NCBI GenBank assembly: GCA_965112635.1
Contig: OZ218778.1
Location: forward strand, 448,001-512,000
From: an uncultured bacterium
GTDB taxonomy: Bacteria; Oederibacteriota; Oederibacteriia; Oederibacteriales; Oederibacteriaceae
DNA: 64,000 nucleotides
Direction of reading: 5' to 3'
In this document: positions 20,464 to 30,426 of the stretch, piece after piece
Layout of the letters: each line of letters opens with the position of its first letter
Numbering within the stretch: the first letter of the stretch is position 1
Translations under genes and position numbers: made by a program
Notes under the pieces: generated by a model
Database searches by the model: none
The model's input: only the letters and a program-made list of their open reading frames with translations
Told to the model about the DNA's origin: nothing

Positions 20464-21465
20464 TTATGCGTTGTTCTTTAGATAGATGATCGTGCTTCCT
20501 TCTTCTTCAAATTTGAAATCAACTTCCAGAAGGCCTTTCAACGCTTTCCTCACCGCGGATTTTTTTGACGGGTCCACGATAAAGGTCAGAAATCCGCCGC
20601 CGCCGGCTCCGGCGATCTTGCCGCCATAGGCTCCGGCTTTGACGGCGCGGCTGTAAGCCTGATCGATGAACTGGTTGGACACTTGTTTTGAAAGCGACTT
20701 TTTCAACTCCCAGCCTTGTCGCATGAGTTTTCCCAGCGCGGACAGCATATGCTTCTCAGGTTCATCGGAAATGATCTTCACGGCCCTATCCACCATGCGG
20801 TACATTTCCTTAAGATATTCATCGTTCCTTTTAGCCTGGGTCCGCTCTATCTGCTCATGGAGCACCTCATGAGCTAGGCGTGTTTGGCCGGTATAAAAAA
20901 CCATCAGAGAGCTTTCCAGGAGCTTGCGTTTCTCCCGGGTAATGATGAGCGGCTGGACTTTATACTCTGAGCCGCTGAACCGGATGATATTGATCCCCCC
21001 ATAGGCGGCGAGGATCTGGTCCTGGAAGCCAACGTTTTCCCTGAGCATTTCATGCTCAACATACAGGGCGTCTTTGGCCAGTTGGTCCTTGGAAACGACC
21101 TTGCCTTCTGAAGCATAAAGAGCATGGAGGAAACCAACCGTAAACGCCGAGGAGGACCCCAGGCCCGACCGGGCCGGGAGATCGGCGAAGATATGGATAT
21201 CAAGATTGCCGCCGATCTTCTTGAATTTCAGGCATTCCCTCACGCTGGGATGTTCGATCTCCTGGATCGAATTGACCAACTCAGCTTTGGAATACCCTAC
21301 TCTTATCTTATGGTCAAAAAAATCACTTAAATAATTGAGACTGATATAGATGTACTTATTAATCGTAGTCCCCAGAACGGCCCCTTCGTTCCGGGAGAAA
21401 TACTGCTTGTAGTCTGTGCCGCCGCCAAAAAAACTGATGCGGACCGGTGTCCTGGAAATGATCAA
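20464..21465 (-). CDS. GHMP sugar kinase (HddA-like)
   Basis: SRTPVRISFFGGGTD, DLPARSGLGSSS, GGKIAGAGGGGF. Confidence 0.88.
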   Translation of the reverse strand: MIISRTPVRISFFGGGTDYKQYFSRNEGAVLGTTINKYIYISLNYLSDFFDHKIRVGYSKAELVNSIQEIEHPSVRECLKFKKIGGNLDIHIFADLPARSGLGSSSAFTVGFLHALYASEGKVVSKDQLAKDALYVEHEMLRENVGFQDQILAAYGGINIIRFSGSEYKVQPLIITREKRKLLESSLMVFYTGQTRLAHEVLHEQIERTQAKRNDEYLKEMYRMVDRAVKIISDEPEKHMLSALGKLMRQGWELKKSLSKQVSNQFIDQAYSRAVKAGAYGGKIAGAGGGGFLTFIVDPSKKSAVRKALKGLLEVDFKFEEEGSTIIYLKNNA

Positions 21466-21540
21466 TGTGCCTCCTTGGGCTCTTTGAGCCTCATCGTTCT
21501 ATCTCGACTCATCAATATAACACCAATTTTCATTGCCTGG

Positions 21541-22797
21541 CTACCCCTTAGGGCCTTTGCCCATCCGGTCCACCAATAACTCGGCAAAAACAAAAGAACA
21601 GGTAAAAGCAGGTGAAATGGAGTTCAAGACGTGGGTGGAATCCGGGGTCTGCTCGATGACGTAATCCATTTCCAGGGAGCGGGTGCGGATATTGACAAGC
21701 TGGGGCCTGATTCCGACCTTGGAGGACGGGATAAGGTCATCCACGGCCAGTTCCGGCACTAGCCGTTGGGCTGACCTGAAAAAATTCGATTTCAGGTATT
21801 TTTTGATCTCCGTATGGACCATCATCCTGAAATGGTGCTCGTTCTTGATATACATTCCGGCCAGCTGCCAGAGTATGCCTACGGATTCCACGGGCCTTAT
21901 GCCCTCCAAAATGCCGTAATTTTCGCGCCCAAAAGCCGGGATGGAGGTCGGACCCACGAAGACATCCTCCCCGATCAGCCTGGTCAAATGCACCCCGAGA
22001 AAAGGGAGGAACAGATTGGGCACCGGATAGATATTATTCCTAACCAGGGTGCTTTTCTCCGGACGCAGCTTGTAATAAAGGCCCTTGAACGGAAGCAGGG
22101 TATAGTCCCCGGCCAGGCCGAATCTTTTCGCTATCACATCCGCGTAAGCCCCGGCGCAGTTGAAAAGGTATCCGTATCCGACAGCCCGGGAAGGCGTATA
22201 AACCATTTTCTCTTTGGGCTTAATTTTGATGACGGTCTGGTTAAAATGGATCTCCACTCCGTTGGCTTTGAGTATCTCTTGCAGTTTATTCAGGACCGCG
22301 TGGATATCAATGACCGATGTGTCCGGGCAGAAAATACCTTTGCGAAAAGGCCCGGCATGCGGCTCCAGTTCCCTGACTCCCTTCTCATTCAGCTCCACGG
22401 CGTTTATATGACTTTCTTTGGCGTTGACCAGCAGTTTTTGTATCACCGGCAGGTCCTGCTCGCTGGTCGCGATGATCACCTTACCCGAACGCTTGCAGGG
22501 GATCTGGTATTCCTGGGCGAAGTCGCGCATTCTGGACGCCCCCGCGGCGCATAATTTCGCTTTAAGAGTGCTGCTGGAGTAATAGATACCGGAATGAAGC
22601 ACCCCGCTGTTGCGGCCGCTGGCATGGGCCCCCAAATAACTTTCTTTTTCCAGGACGGCGATTTTTGACCCAGGAAACCTTTTTCTTAACTCCAGAGCGG
22701 CGGCCAGGCCGATGATGCCCGCGCCGACGATAAGGTAATCGTAATTTAATGAGCCGGATACAGATATGGGCGCGGGAGCGGCTTGAGGTTTATCCAA
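21541..22797 (-). CDS. lhgO: L-2-hydroxyglutarate oxidase-like FAD oxidoreductase
   Basis: IVGAGIIG, HASGRNSGVLHSGIYY, YPVP..PFLGVH, GIRPQL, HVLNSISPAFT. Confidence 0.8.
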   Translation of the reverse strand: MDKPQAAPAPISVSGSLNYDYLIVGAGIIGLAAALELRKRFPGSKIAVLEKESYLGAHASGRNSGVLHSGIYYSSSTLKAKLCAAGASRMRDFAQEYQIPCKRSGKVIIATSEQDLPVIQKLLVNAKESHINAVELNEKGVRELEPHAGPFRKGIFCPDTSVIDIHAVLNKLQEILKANGVEIHFNQTVIKIKPKEKMVYTPSRAVGYGYLFNCAGAYADVIAKRFGLAGDYTLLPFKGLYYKLRPEKSTLVRNNIYPVPNLFLPFLGVHLTRLIGEDVFVGPTSIPAFGRENYGILEGIRPVESVGILWQLAGMYIKNEHHFRMMVHTEIKKYLKSNFFRSAQRLVPELAVDDLIPSSKVGIRPQLVNIRTRSLEMDYVIEQTPDSTHVLNSISPAFTCSFVFAELLVDRMGKGPKG

Positions 22798-22812
22798 GGA
22801 AGTCAGCCTGTT

Positions 22813-23751
22813 TCAAACGTTGCCGTACTTGGTATTTTTGATCATGGTATAACCTTTGATTAACTCGCCGATGCCGAAATCCAGGGAATGGGTAGTTTTA
22901 AAGCCTACTTTCTCTATTTTTGCGTTAGAAACGATGTAATTCCGCTGGTCCGGGTCTTTGCCTACCGGAGCCTCCAAAAACACGAAGTCCGGAAGATGTT
23001 TTTTGATCACCTCGCATAACTCTTTTTTGGAAACATTGGCCTCCGACAAACCCACATTATAGATTTGCCCTTTCATCTTTTCAAAATTAGCCAGGCCGAA
23101 TTGGAAAACGCGGGATACATCCCGGATATGGACATAGTTGCGCTTAAAATGGGCTTCGAACAGGACCACGAACCGGTCATAGACCGCCCTGTAGGTGAAG
23201 TCATTGACCAGCAGATCGATCCTCATTCTCGGAGACATACCGAATACCGTGGCCAGCCTGAAGCTGACGGCGTTGGGGTGTTGCATCAGCGCTTTTTCCA
23301 CCTCCACTTTTTCTATGGCGTACTGCGAGATCGGGTTCAGCGGCGAGGTCTCGTCGCAGTAATTATTCTTATCGCCCGTGCCGTAGGCGCTGTTCGTGGT
23401 CGGCATCAAGACCCGCTGTTCCCTGCTCAAATTTTTCAGCATCATTAAAACAGCGTCGCGGTTTGTGGTCATAGCGCCGACCGGGTCCTGATTGCACAGG
23501 GGAGCCCCAACCAAAGCCGCGAGAGGAATGACGATATCGGCCTTCTTGATCAGGGGCAAAACCACCCTGTCCATTCTCACGTCGCCCCGGACCACGCTAA
23601 AGTTCGGGTCGACACATAACTGCGCCAGGCTGTTCTGGCCGTACAAAAAACTGTCCAGGACAGTGACTTTATGTCCCAGGGCCAGTAGTTCCGGCACCAG
23701 AATGGACCCGATATAGCCTGCTCCACCCGTGACAAGGATGTTAGTACCCAC
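22813..23751 (-). CDS. NAD-dependent epimerase/dehydratase
   Basis: ILVTGGAGYIGS, YAIEK, FRLATVFGMSPRMRIDL. Confidence 0.88.
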   Translation of the reverse strand: MGTNILVTGGAGYIGSILVPELLALGHKVTVLDSFLYGQNSLAQLCVDPNFSVVRGDVRMDRVVLPLIKKADIVIPLAALVGAPLCNQDPVGAMTTNRDAVLMMLKNLSREQRVLMPTTNSAYGTGDKNNYCDETSPLNPISQYAIEKVEVEKALMQHPNAVSFRLATVFGMSPRMRIDLLVNDFTYRAVYDRFVVLFEAHFKRNYVHIRDVSRVFQFGLANFEKMKGQIYNVGLSEANVSKKELCEVIKKHLPDFVFLEAPVGKDPDQRNYIVSNAKIEKVGFKTTHSLDFGIGELIKGYTMIKNTKYGNV

Positions 23752-23784
23752 GATTCTTCCTCCGATCTAAAAAAAGAATGATAA

Positions 23785-24732
23785 CTATTTTCTGGATATT
23801 TTAGCAACATCCTCTGGCTTCAGGTAAGCCTTTTCTTCGTAAAACCATTTTATTGTGCTTTCCAAACCTTCCCGTAAAGACATGAGTTTATAGGAGGGCA
23901 ATAAGGATTTCGCCTTATCGATAATTAAGCACTTTGACACCACTCCCACATACCGGGTGGTATCATATTGGATTTTATCGGCCGGATAATCAACGATCTC
24001 GCAGATATGCCGGGCAAACTCACGGATGGAATATTCTTCACCTGCCCCTATATTAACAAGATCATTATCTCGGGTCGCATTAAGCTGGCAAAGCAGCCGG
24101 ATAAAGTCCGACAAATGGACCAACTCCCGCTTTTGGTGCCCGTCTCCCCATAATACAACAGGCTCTTTAAACTCCTTGCCCCGGATGATCTTCCGGATCA
24201 GGTCAAAAATGAAATGCATCTGCCGGCCGTCGTTATGATAGCCAGAACCATACAGGGTGGATGGGATCGCGCAAAGGTAGCGGAGGCCGTATTGTTTGTT
24301 CAGGGAGAGTAAACCCTGATAAAGCATGCGCTTGGTCATGGCATAGGTGTAAAGGCTTGCGATGGGCTCCCCAAGAAGGTAGTTTTGTTCTTTTAATTCC
24401 ATACCCGGCGCGTAAGAACAACTTGTCCCCATGCAGATCATTTTAGCTTGTGGCTGGTATTGCTGCCACCAGGCCAGGACATGGGTATTGATCAGTTGGT
24501 TGATGACCCATTGTTCTCCGGGATGTTTCAGACAAAAATCCCCGGCCTGCGTCCACGCCGCGAGATGGAATATTTGATCAAAAGTTCCCTTGACGGTTTT
24601 TTCCAGGCTGCCCTGTATGGTCAGATCGCAGTTCTTGGAATTAAGCCGGGTGACACTATGCCCTTCTTGGTCTAAATATTTACAGAGGGATTTCCCTAAA
24701 AAACCAGAGGCGCCGGTTACAACGATCTTCAT
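23785..24732 (-). CDS. GDP-L-fucose synthase (Fcl/WcaG)-like epimerase-reductase
   Basis: VTGASGFLG, GTSCSY, YAMTK, LWGDGHQKRE. Confidence 0.8.
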   Translation of the reverse strand: MKIVVTGASGFLGKSLCKYLDQEGHSVTRLNSKNCDLTIQGSLEKTVKGTFDQIFHLAAWTQAGDFCLKHPGEQWVINQLINTHVLAWWQQYQPQAKMICMGTSCSYAPGMELKEQNYLLGEPIASLYTYAMTKRMLYQGLLSLNKQYGLRYLCAIPSTLYGSGYHNDGRQMHFIFDLIRKIIRGKEFKEPVVLWGDGHQKRELVHLSDFIRLLCQLNATRDNDLVNIGAGEEYSIREFARHICEIVDYPADKIQYDTTRYVGVVSKCLIIDKAKSLLPSYKLMSLREGLESTIKWFYEEKAYLKPEDVAKISRK

Positions 24733-24734
24733 GA

Positions 24735-25937
24735 TTAGTTCTCTTTCGGATTGACGGGAAAATAGAATTGTATCCCCCGCTCTACGAGGTTCTTATTGTT
24801 TTCCAATATTTCTTTTTTAAAATTCCACGCCAGGACATAATAGACATCGGGTAGTTCTTTAAGCTCTTTCTCTATGACCACCGGAATATGCATACCTGGT
24901 GAATATAGGTTGCGCCTCAATTCGTTTTTTTCCACCAGACAGTCGATCATATCTGTCCCCACTCCGAAGTAATTCAGCATGGTATTACCTTTGACGGGAG
25001 CGCCAAAGCCGAATATTTTTTTCCCAGAACGCTTGGCCTGGCTTAAAAACTCCAGATTTTCTTTTTTCATCCTCTGGATGCGGCGGTAAAACTCCTGATA
25101 GGTTTCGATGCGATTGAACTCCGCCTCTTCTTCCAATTGCCGCATTTTTTTAAGATTTTGGCTTATCTCTTTTTTGCCGCGGTGCGTGACATACCCCACG
25201 ATGGAGCCGCCATGGATCGGGTGCAGTTGGGCGTCGAACATTTCTAGTCCATGTCGGCTCAACAGGATCTCAATGGTTTTCAGGGTATAGTAAAGCAAGT
25301 GTTCATGATAGACCTGGTCAAAAGCCAGGTTCTCCACTATATTTTTCATATATAGGAATTGAACAACAAAAACACCGTTTTCTTTAAGACCCTCTCTGAT
25401 TCCATCCGTCACGGAATGAAGCTCTTCCAGATGGAAGAAAACCCCGGCAGCATTGATAACATCGAATTTCCTTCCGATCTGTTTCATGGTCTCAAGATTG
25501 AAAAACTGGTTCAGGGTGGGCACGCCTGCGTCCACTGCTATTTTGGCAGTGGTCTTGGAGGATTCCACCCCCAGAACCTCATAACCTAGCTTCTGGAAAT
25601 GTTTGAGCTGGGTACCGTCATTGGAGCCTATATCCAGGACCGACTTGGCCGGGGTCGTCTTAAAAAACTTCTCATCCACTTCCACAGCCGTCCTGCGAAA
25701 ATGTTCACCTAGTGATTTGGTCACTCCGGAAAGATAGGTATGGTCCCCGAACATGATCTCTTTTTTGACCGTGTAATCAAGCTGCACCGTGGAGCACTTA
25801 TGGCAAAACAGAAGATGGAGAGGATAAAAAGGCTCCTTGCCTACTTCCTCTTTTTTCAAGAAATGGTTGCACCAGGGTTGAGACCCCAGGTCTACAACAA
25901 GCTCTAGTTTGTCGGAATCACAGACACGGCAGTTCAT
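24735..25937 (-). CDS. NDP-hexose C-methyltransferase (second copy)
   Basis: CRVC..DLGSQP, DIGSNDGT, FDQVYHEH, HGGS, FGAPVKGNT. Confidence 0.88.
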   Translation of the reverse strand: MNCRVCDSDKLELVVDLGSQPWCNHFLKKEEVGKEPFYPLHLLFCHKCSTVQLDYTVKKEIMFGDHTYLSGVTKSLGEHFRRTAVEVDEKFFKTTPAKSVLDIGSNDGTQLKHFQKLGYEVLGVESSKTTAKIAVDAGVPTLNQFFNLETMKQIGRKFDVINAAGVFFHLEELHSVTDGIREGLKENGVFVVQFLYMKNIVENLAFDQVYHEHLLYYTLKTIEILLSRHGLEMFDAQLHPIHGGSIVGYVTHRGKKEISQNLKKMRQLEEEAEFNRIETYQEFYRRIQRMKKENLEFLSQAKRSGKKIFGFGAPVKGNTMLNYFGVGTDMIDCLVEKNELRRNLYSPGMHIPVVIEKELKELPDVYYVLAWNFKKEILENNKNLVERGIQFYFPVNPKEN

Positions 25938-25992
25938 GATTTTCTCCCATGAAACAGGATAGTGTGTTTTAGTTCGGATTTTAAAATTGCTT

Positions 25993-26931
25993 TTATCTTG
26001 ATGACTTTTTCAGGATCAAATGCATCCCGTAACCATCATCAGGATGCCAGTCCTTTAAGCCTAACCCGTTGCCCCTGACCATATCCTGGGTTTCAAAAGG
26101 ATGATTGGTTTCCAGCGTAAATCCCCGGTCCAGAAAGTATTTTTTCCACCATTCGCTGGATTTCAAAGTCCTGTGATAGATACCTCCGATGACAGGATTC
26201 TCATCGGGGAGCAGATCAATGGAACAAACAAAATACCCTCCGGGTTTTAAATGAGTCCTGATATTTCTTACCAATTGCTCCAGATCAGGCTCGGCGATAT
26301 GTTCGACCACTTCCCACGCTGTGATCATGTCAAAGAGCGCTTTTTTATTATGACCTGTATAAACCTGGAAGGGTTTTGATAGGTCACAGGTAAAAAGATG
26401 ATTGGGTATGGTATCCCATTCACCGGACCGGAACCTTCGGGAAACATCCGAACCCTCAAGACCTATGGCTGTATAGCCATCCTCCAAAATGGATTTTACG
26501 AAACCGCCTCCCGAACAGCCCAGGTCAAGCAGATGAATATCTTCACGATATCCAAATAACTCATAAAGCTTTAAATTGAATCTATAGTTTTTGGAATTAT
26601 CATGCATCGTACCGCGCGGAAATTTATGGTCATCGCTTGTATAAGCCACGGGGTAATTGGTTTTTATTTTGAAAATTTCTTGTGGATTTAATTTATAGTA
26701 CAAGAAATAGTTGTTTTTCCATAATGTATTGGCCAACTGCTCAAATTTGGTCAAACGCCGCGCCGATATCAGGCGGTCAAGCAGTGATAGGACAAAAAAG
26801 AAAAGACCCGTCACCACCGGCGGTTTGTGGATCAACAGCCACCCTTTGAGGATCCTGTAATATTTGTTCAATAAACGGATCAAAACCAGTTTCAAGGATG
26901 CATCCTTCCATTCAGAAATCCCTAGCTTCAT
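25993..26931 (-). CDS. Class I SAM methyltransferase
   Basis: LLDLGCSGG, WEVVEH, LKPGG. Confidence 0.82.
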   Translation of the reverse strand: MKLGISEWKDASLKLVLIRLLNKYYRILKGWLLIHKPPVVTGLFFFVLSLLDRLISARRLTKFEQLANTLWKNNYFLYYKLNPQEIFKIKTNYPVAYTSDDHKFPRGTMHDNSKNYRFNLKLYELFGYREDIHLLDLGCSGGGFVKSILEDGYTAIGLEGSDVSRRFRSGEWDTIPNHLFTCDLSKPFQVYTGHNKKALFDMITAWEVVEHIAEPDLEQLVRNIRTHLKPGGYFVCSIDLLPDENPVIGGIYHRTLKSSEWWKKYFLDRGFTLETNHPFETQDMVRGNGLGLKDWHPDDGYGMHLILKKSSR

Positions 26932-26949
26932 TCTAATACCTGACTTGTC

Positions 26950-29466
26950 CTATTCAACCTTTATATTAGCCAGCCAGGACTGGCCCCATGGCGCCCCGGG
27001 GTTTCTGCCCATCGTCGCAATGGATAGAGTACCCGCACCCTGACCTTTGGGTAAAGATATTTTAAATGCCTGGCGCCCCTGGTCTTTTTTGAATTGCACA
27101 GGCATGAGCATGCGCTCAAAAAGTACCTTTGACACCGGACCTTTCTTCATGAACGAGACCTTGAACTTCACACCGTCTGTCTGCCCGCCGTCGGAATAGG
27201 CGCTCGGCAAAAGACCAAAATCCCCGCTCAGGGTCTTTTCCGTACCGTTTAGATGAAATCGGATTTCTCCAGGGGCATGGACCAGGAGCACTTGGTCATC
27301 CCCGATTTCATGTATATCAACGGGGAACGGGGAATCAATGAGATAAGGAGCGATATTGAAACCGGGATAGAAGTGCAGTAACAGATCACGACCGATTTTC
27401 ATGTTTGCTTCACGAGGCCTATCCGCCTCATAAAAAGTCACCTGGAACTTGTCTGTTTTATAAAATCTGGCCATTCTCGGCTCAACTTTCAAATCCAATG
27501 ACCGCACTTCCCGCGGGCTGCGGCCATACAAGATCCTGACCAGATCGGCATTGTCCCTGAGCATCCAGCTCACCATGACCGGCATCCGCATCAGGGTGGG
27601 TATGATCCGGTAGTTCCACTCAGCATGTTCGCCGTTACACTTCATGGTTAAAGAAAGCATGGGTGGCTTATAAAATACAGACCTCAGTTTGCCAAGCCAG
27701 TTCAGGTCCAGCTGAGCCGTGGCATAAAGGACCTTATCCGGAGCTGTTACGGGCAAAGAAACGGGGTTATCGGGAAGAAGGGCGGCGGAAGATATCATTT
27801 TTAGTTCCCTGCCCGGGTCGGGCCGGGCTTTTTGCCTGAATAATAAAAATCCCTTTTCAGCTAGGACGGGTTCGTAAATATCCAGGATAGCTCTCAGGGC
27901 CAGGGCGTCATCCTGCGCCAAAAGCCGGTAGTCAATGGTCGCCATCTTAAATAAAAAATATTTCGGCCGCTTACCGGGGTCAAGAACATGATCTCGGTTT
28001 ATCCTTTCCAAGGTGTCGTTAAAAGTATTAAAAGTCACGGACATGGGGAGGGGACGATAATTAAGCCCGTTGAGCATGACAACACCCTCTTCACAGCCGA
28101 AAAAATCTATGGTTTCGTTCCCCACTATTTTTCGTACTAGGGGAAGATTGAATTTTTGCCTGTTGATATCCAATCTTTTATCCAGGTCTTTTTTTAGTTC
28201 CCTGATGCCGATGACATGGGCCACATTATCTTTCAAGGTAATGAAGGGCTGGCTCATGAGATGTCCCAGGTTCATCCTGCCTTCCGTGACCCCGATCAGC
28301 GCAAAAAAGATGCACGCAAGGCAGAGCACTGGCTCAACATAGCTCTTGAAACGCATGCGGCTGCTGCGCCAATCGCTTGGTGGCCCCGCCTGAAGGCCAT
28401 TGTTTCCCCTGACAACCAGATCGATGAGGGCGGCAATGACAGCGAACCTGAAAAAAAATTGCACATGCGCATCGGCTCTGACGAATCCATGTTTCCAATC
28501 TAGAAAGGTGCAAAATAACAGCAACAGGCATATCATAACTTTTTGCTTGTTTTGATAGTTGGTTATCCCTGTCCAACATATCAATAGGATCAGAAAAAAT
28601 AGGGTGGCTATCCCTGTATTGAAGATATTATTCCCTTCTTGCAAAGACATAGCATCGTTATATCCAGAGGTCATGTATTTGATCCCCATGAAATATTGTG
28701 GAATGTGTAAAAGATTTTGTCCGGCAAAAACCCAGGACACCACAAAAACAGACGCAAAAGCGGCCAAGAGACCTGGTATGAACCGTTTTCGGCCCTGCAA
28801 AACATAAAGTGTGCAGACGAGAGCCAGGGTGAATCCTGCCATGGTAAGGAGAGTCCCCTTACAAAGCGGAAGAAACCCTAAAAAACCGGCTACGAGATAG
28901 TTGGGCCATGGTCTTTCGTTTATTTTTGGGTGCTGAATGAGAAAAATACCGGCAAAAAGGATGCAGGAATCGTAGTAAAGATCAGGCGGCCATCTTAAGG
29001 CAATGAACGGAAGCAACCATATCCATCTCAAAAATCGAAGCGGGGATTCAAGGATGAACATAATGACCAGAAATGCCAGGGCTCCCTGCACCAAAAGTTC
29101 CAAGATCATGCGGGTCCAGAATAAATATCCGGCATAGACATATCCGAACATGACAAATCCGTATGGTCCTATGATATGCAAAACATCGGTGCCATATTGA
29201 AAATGATTGAAAGTAAAGTAGGAGTACGCCGCAGCATTGGAAGAATCAAGAGAATTGTCCAGCACCAGATAGGGAGAGTTGTAAAAGAAGAGAGTCAAAA
29301 CAAACCATAACAATACTACGGCTGAACCGGTAATGACTTTATGACGAAAAAGGTTCACAGGAAACAATCCTGAATATTTTTGTTTCATCTTTCCCTCAAA
29401 CTCCTCTTTCATATTGTTATTTGATCCGCATATGAACCCATTAGGACTAATCCAAGCTGGTTTCAC
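26950..29466 (-). CDS. Large polytopic membrane protein with a C-terminal extracytoplasmic domain (possibly GT-C-like)
   Basis: About 11-12 hydrophobic segments then beta-rich domains; LDSS..QYG..GPYGF and GFVRADAH; next to a DPM-like GT2; start uncertain. Confidence 0.6.
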   Translation of the reverse strand: MKPAWISPNGFICGSNNNMKEEFEGKMKQKYSGLFPVNLFRHKVITGSAVVLLWFVLTLFFYNSPYLVLDNSLDSSNAAAYSYFTFNHFQYGTDVLHIIGPYGFVMFGYVYAGYLFWTRMILELLVQGALAFLVIMFILESPLRFLRWIWLLPFIALRWPPDLYYDSCILFAGIFLIQHPKINERPWPNYLVAGFLGFLPLCKGTLLTMAGFTLALVCTLYVLQGRKRFIPGLLAAFASVFVVSWVFAGQNLLHIPQYFMGIKYMTSGYNDAMSLQEGNNIFNTGIATLFFLILLICWTGITNYQNKQKVMICLLLLFCTFLDWKHGFVRADAHVQFFFRFAVIAALIDLVVRGNNGLQAGPPSDWRSSRMRFKSYVEPVLCLACIFFALIGVTEGRMNLGHLMSQPFITLKDNVAHVIGIRELKKDLDKRLDINRQKFNLPLVRKIVGNETIDFFGCEEGVVMLNGLNYRPLPMSVTFNTFNDTLERINRDHVLDPGKRPKYFLFKMATIDYRLLAQDDALALRAILDIYEPVLAEKGFLLFRQKARPDPGRELKMISSAALLPDNPVSLPVTAPDKVLYATAQLDLNWLGKLRSVFYKPPMLSLTMKCNGEHAEWNYRIIPTLMRMPVMVSWMLRDNADLVRILYGRSPREVRSLDLKVEPRMARFYKTDKFQVTFYEADRPREANMKIGRDLLLHFYPGFNIAPYLIDSPFPVDIHEIGDDQVLLVHAPGEIRFHLNGTEKTLSGDFGLLPSAYSDGGQTDGVKFKVSFMKKGPVSKVLFERMLMPVQFKKDQGRQAFKISLPKGQGAGTLSIATMGRNPGAPWGQSWLANIKVE

Positions 29467-29542
29467 GGGGAATTAAGAACATACGGCACAGGCCCGCATC
29501 TACATATTGTCATTCAGTTAGTGATCCTAGATGCCTGCTCGA

Positions 29543-30301
29543 TTACTTCCTGTAGCTTTCCAAAACCTTAAAAACACCCAAACAGGCGCGAAAACCTTCA
29601 AAAAAATATCGGACCGGAGGGAGACCCCGGCTTTTACCGTATTTTCTTTCTCGATGCGTAATATAAATTTGTTTTATGGAATAATTCTCGAATTGGCATC
29701 TCAAAAATAGTTCGGTGTTCAACAGGGTGGGCATACAATTCACCTGCGGCAGAATTTCTTTAATGACCTCTGCTTTTATCAATCGGAAAGCTGAATTGAT
29801 ATCAAAATAATTGACATGAGCGATCATACATGTAATCTGATTAAAAAGTCCTGAAAAAAAACGCCTGAAGAAAGAATCTTTGCGCCCGAACTTGGCCCCA
29901 TGAACAACGTCATAGGCCGGTATATACTTAGCAAGCTTCCAAAAATCAGCCGCCACGTATTGGCCGTCCGAATCGGTAAAAAAAACAAGAGGACACCTGG
30001 CCTCGCTATAAAGTCTTCTAGCCGAAGGGCCGAATCCATCCTTGGTATCGTGATAATTCACTCGGATAAAAGGGTATTTTTTACACAAACGCGCCAGGAT
30101 CTCCCTGGTGCCGTCCGTGCTGAGAGCCTCGTCAAAAACAAATTCCGAGCCCTTGGGAAGATATTGAAAAACGTCCCTCACCCATTCCTCAACCACGTCT
30201 TCTATGATATCCGCCTCGTTGTGCACGGGCATCAGAACCGACACGGGAAGACTTATCCTTGTTTTACTGGTAGCATGGTATTTCTTCAAGTAAAACCTCA
30301 T
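29543..30301 (-). CDS. GT2 glycosyltransferase, DPM-like
   Basis: VSVLMPVHNE, STDGT, FTDSDGQY, DINSAFRL, HRER.YGKS. Confidence 0.85.
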   Translation of the reverse strand: MRFYLKKYHATSKTRISLPVSVLMPVHNEADIIEDVVEEWVRDVFQYLPKGSEFVFDEALSTDGTREILARLCKKYPFIRVNYHDTKDGFGPSARRLYSEARCPLVFFTDSDGQYVAADFWKLAKYIPAYDVVHGAKFGRKDSFFRRFFSGLFNQITCMIAHVNYFDINSAFRLIKAEVIKEILPQVNCMPTLLNTELFLRCQFENYSIKQIYITHRERKYGKSRGLPPVRYFFEGFRACLGVFKVLESYRK

Positions 30302-30426
30302 CCATTAATTTTTTATGGATCAATTACATAATTTTAATTGCTTGGTTTAAATATTCAATATTATTCAACTAACAAAAGAACCTTATGGGCAATTACTTAC
30401 GCCTCCCCCCGGAGAGAACTTGCTGC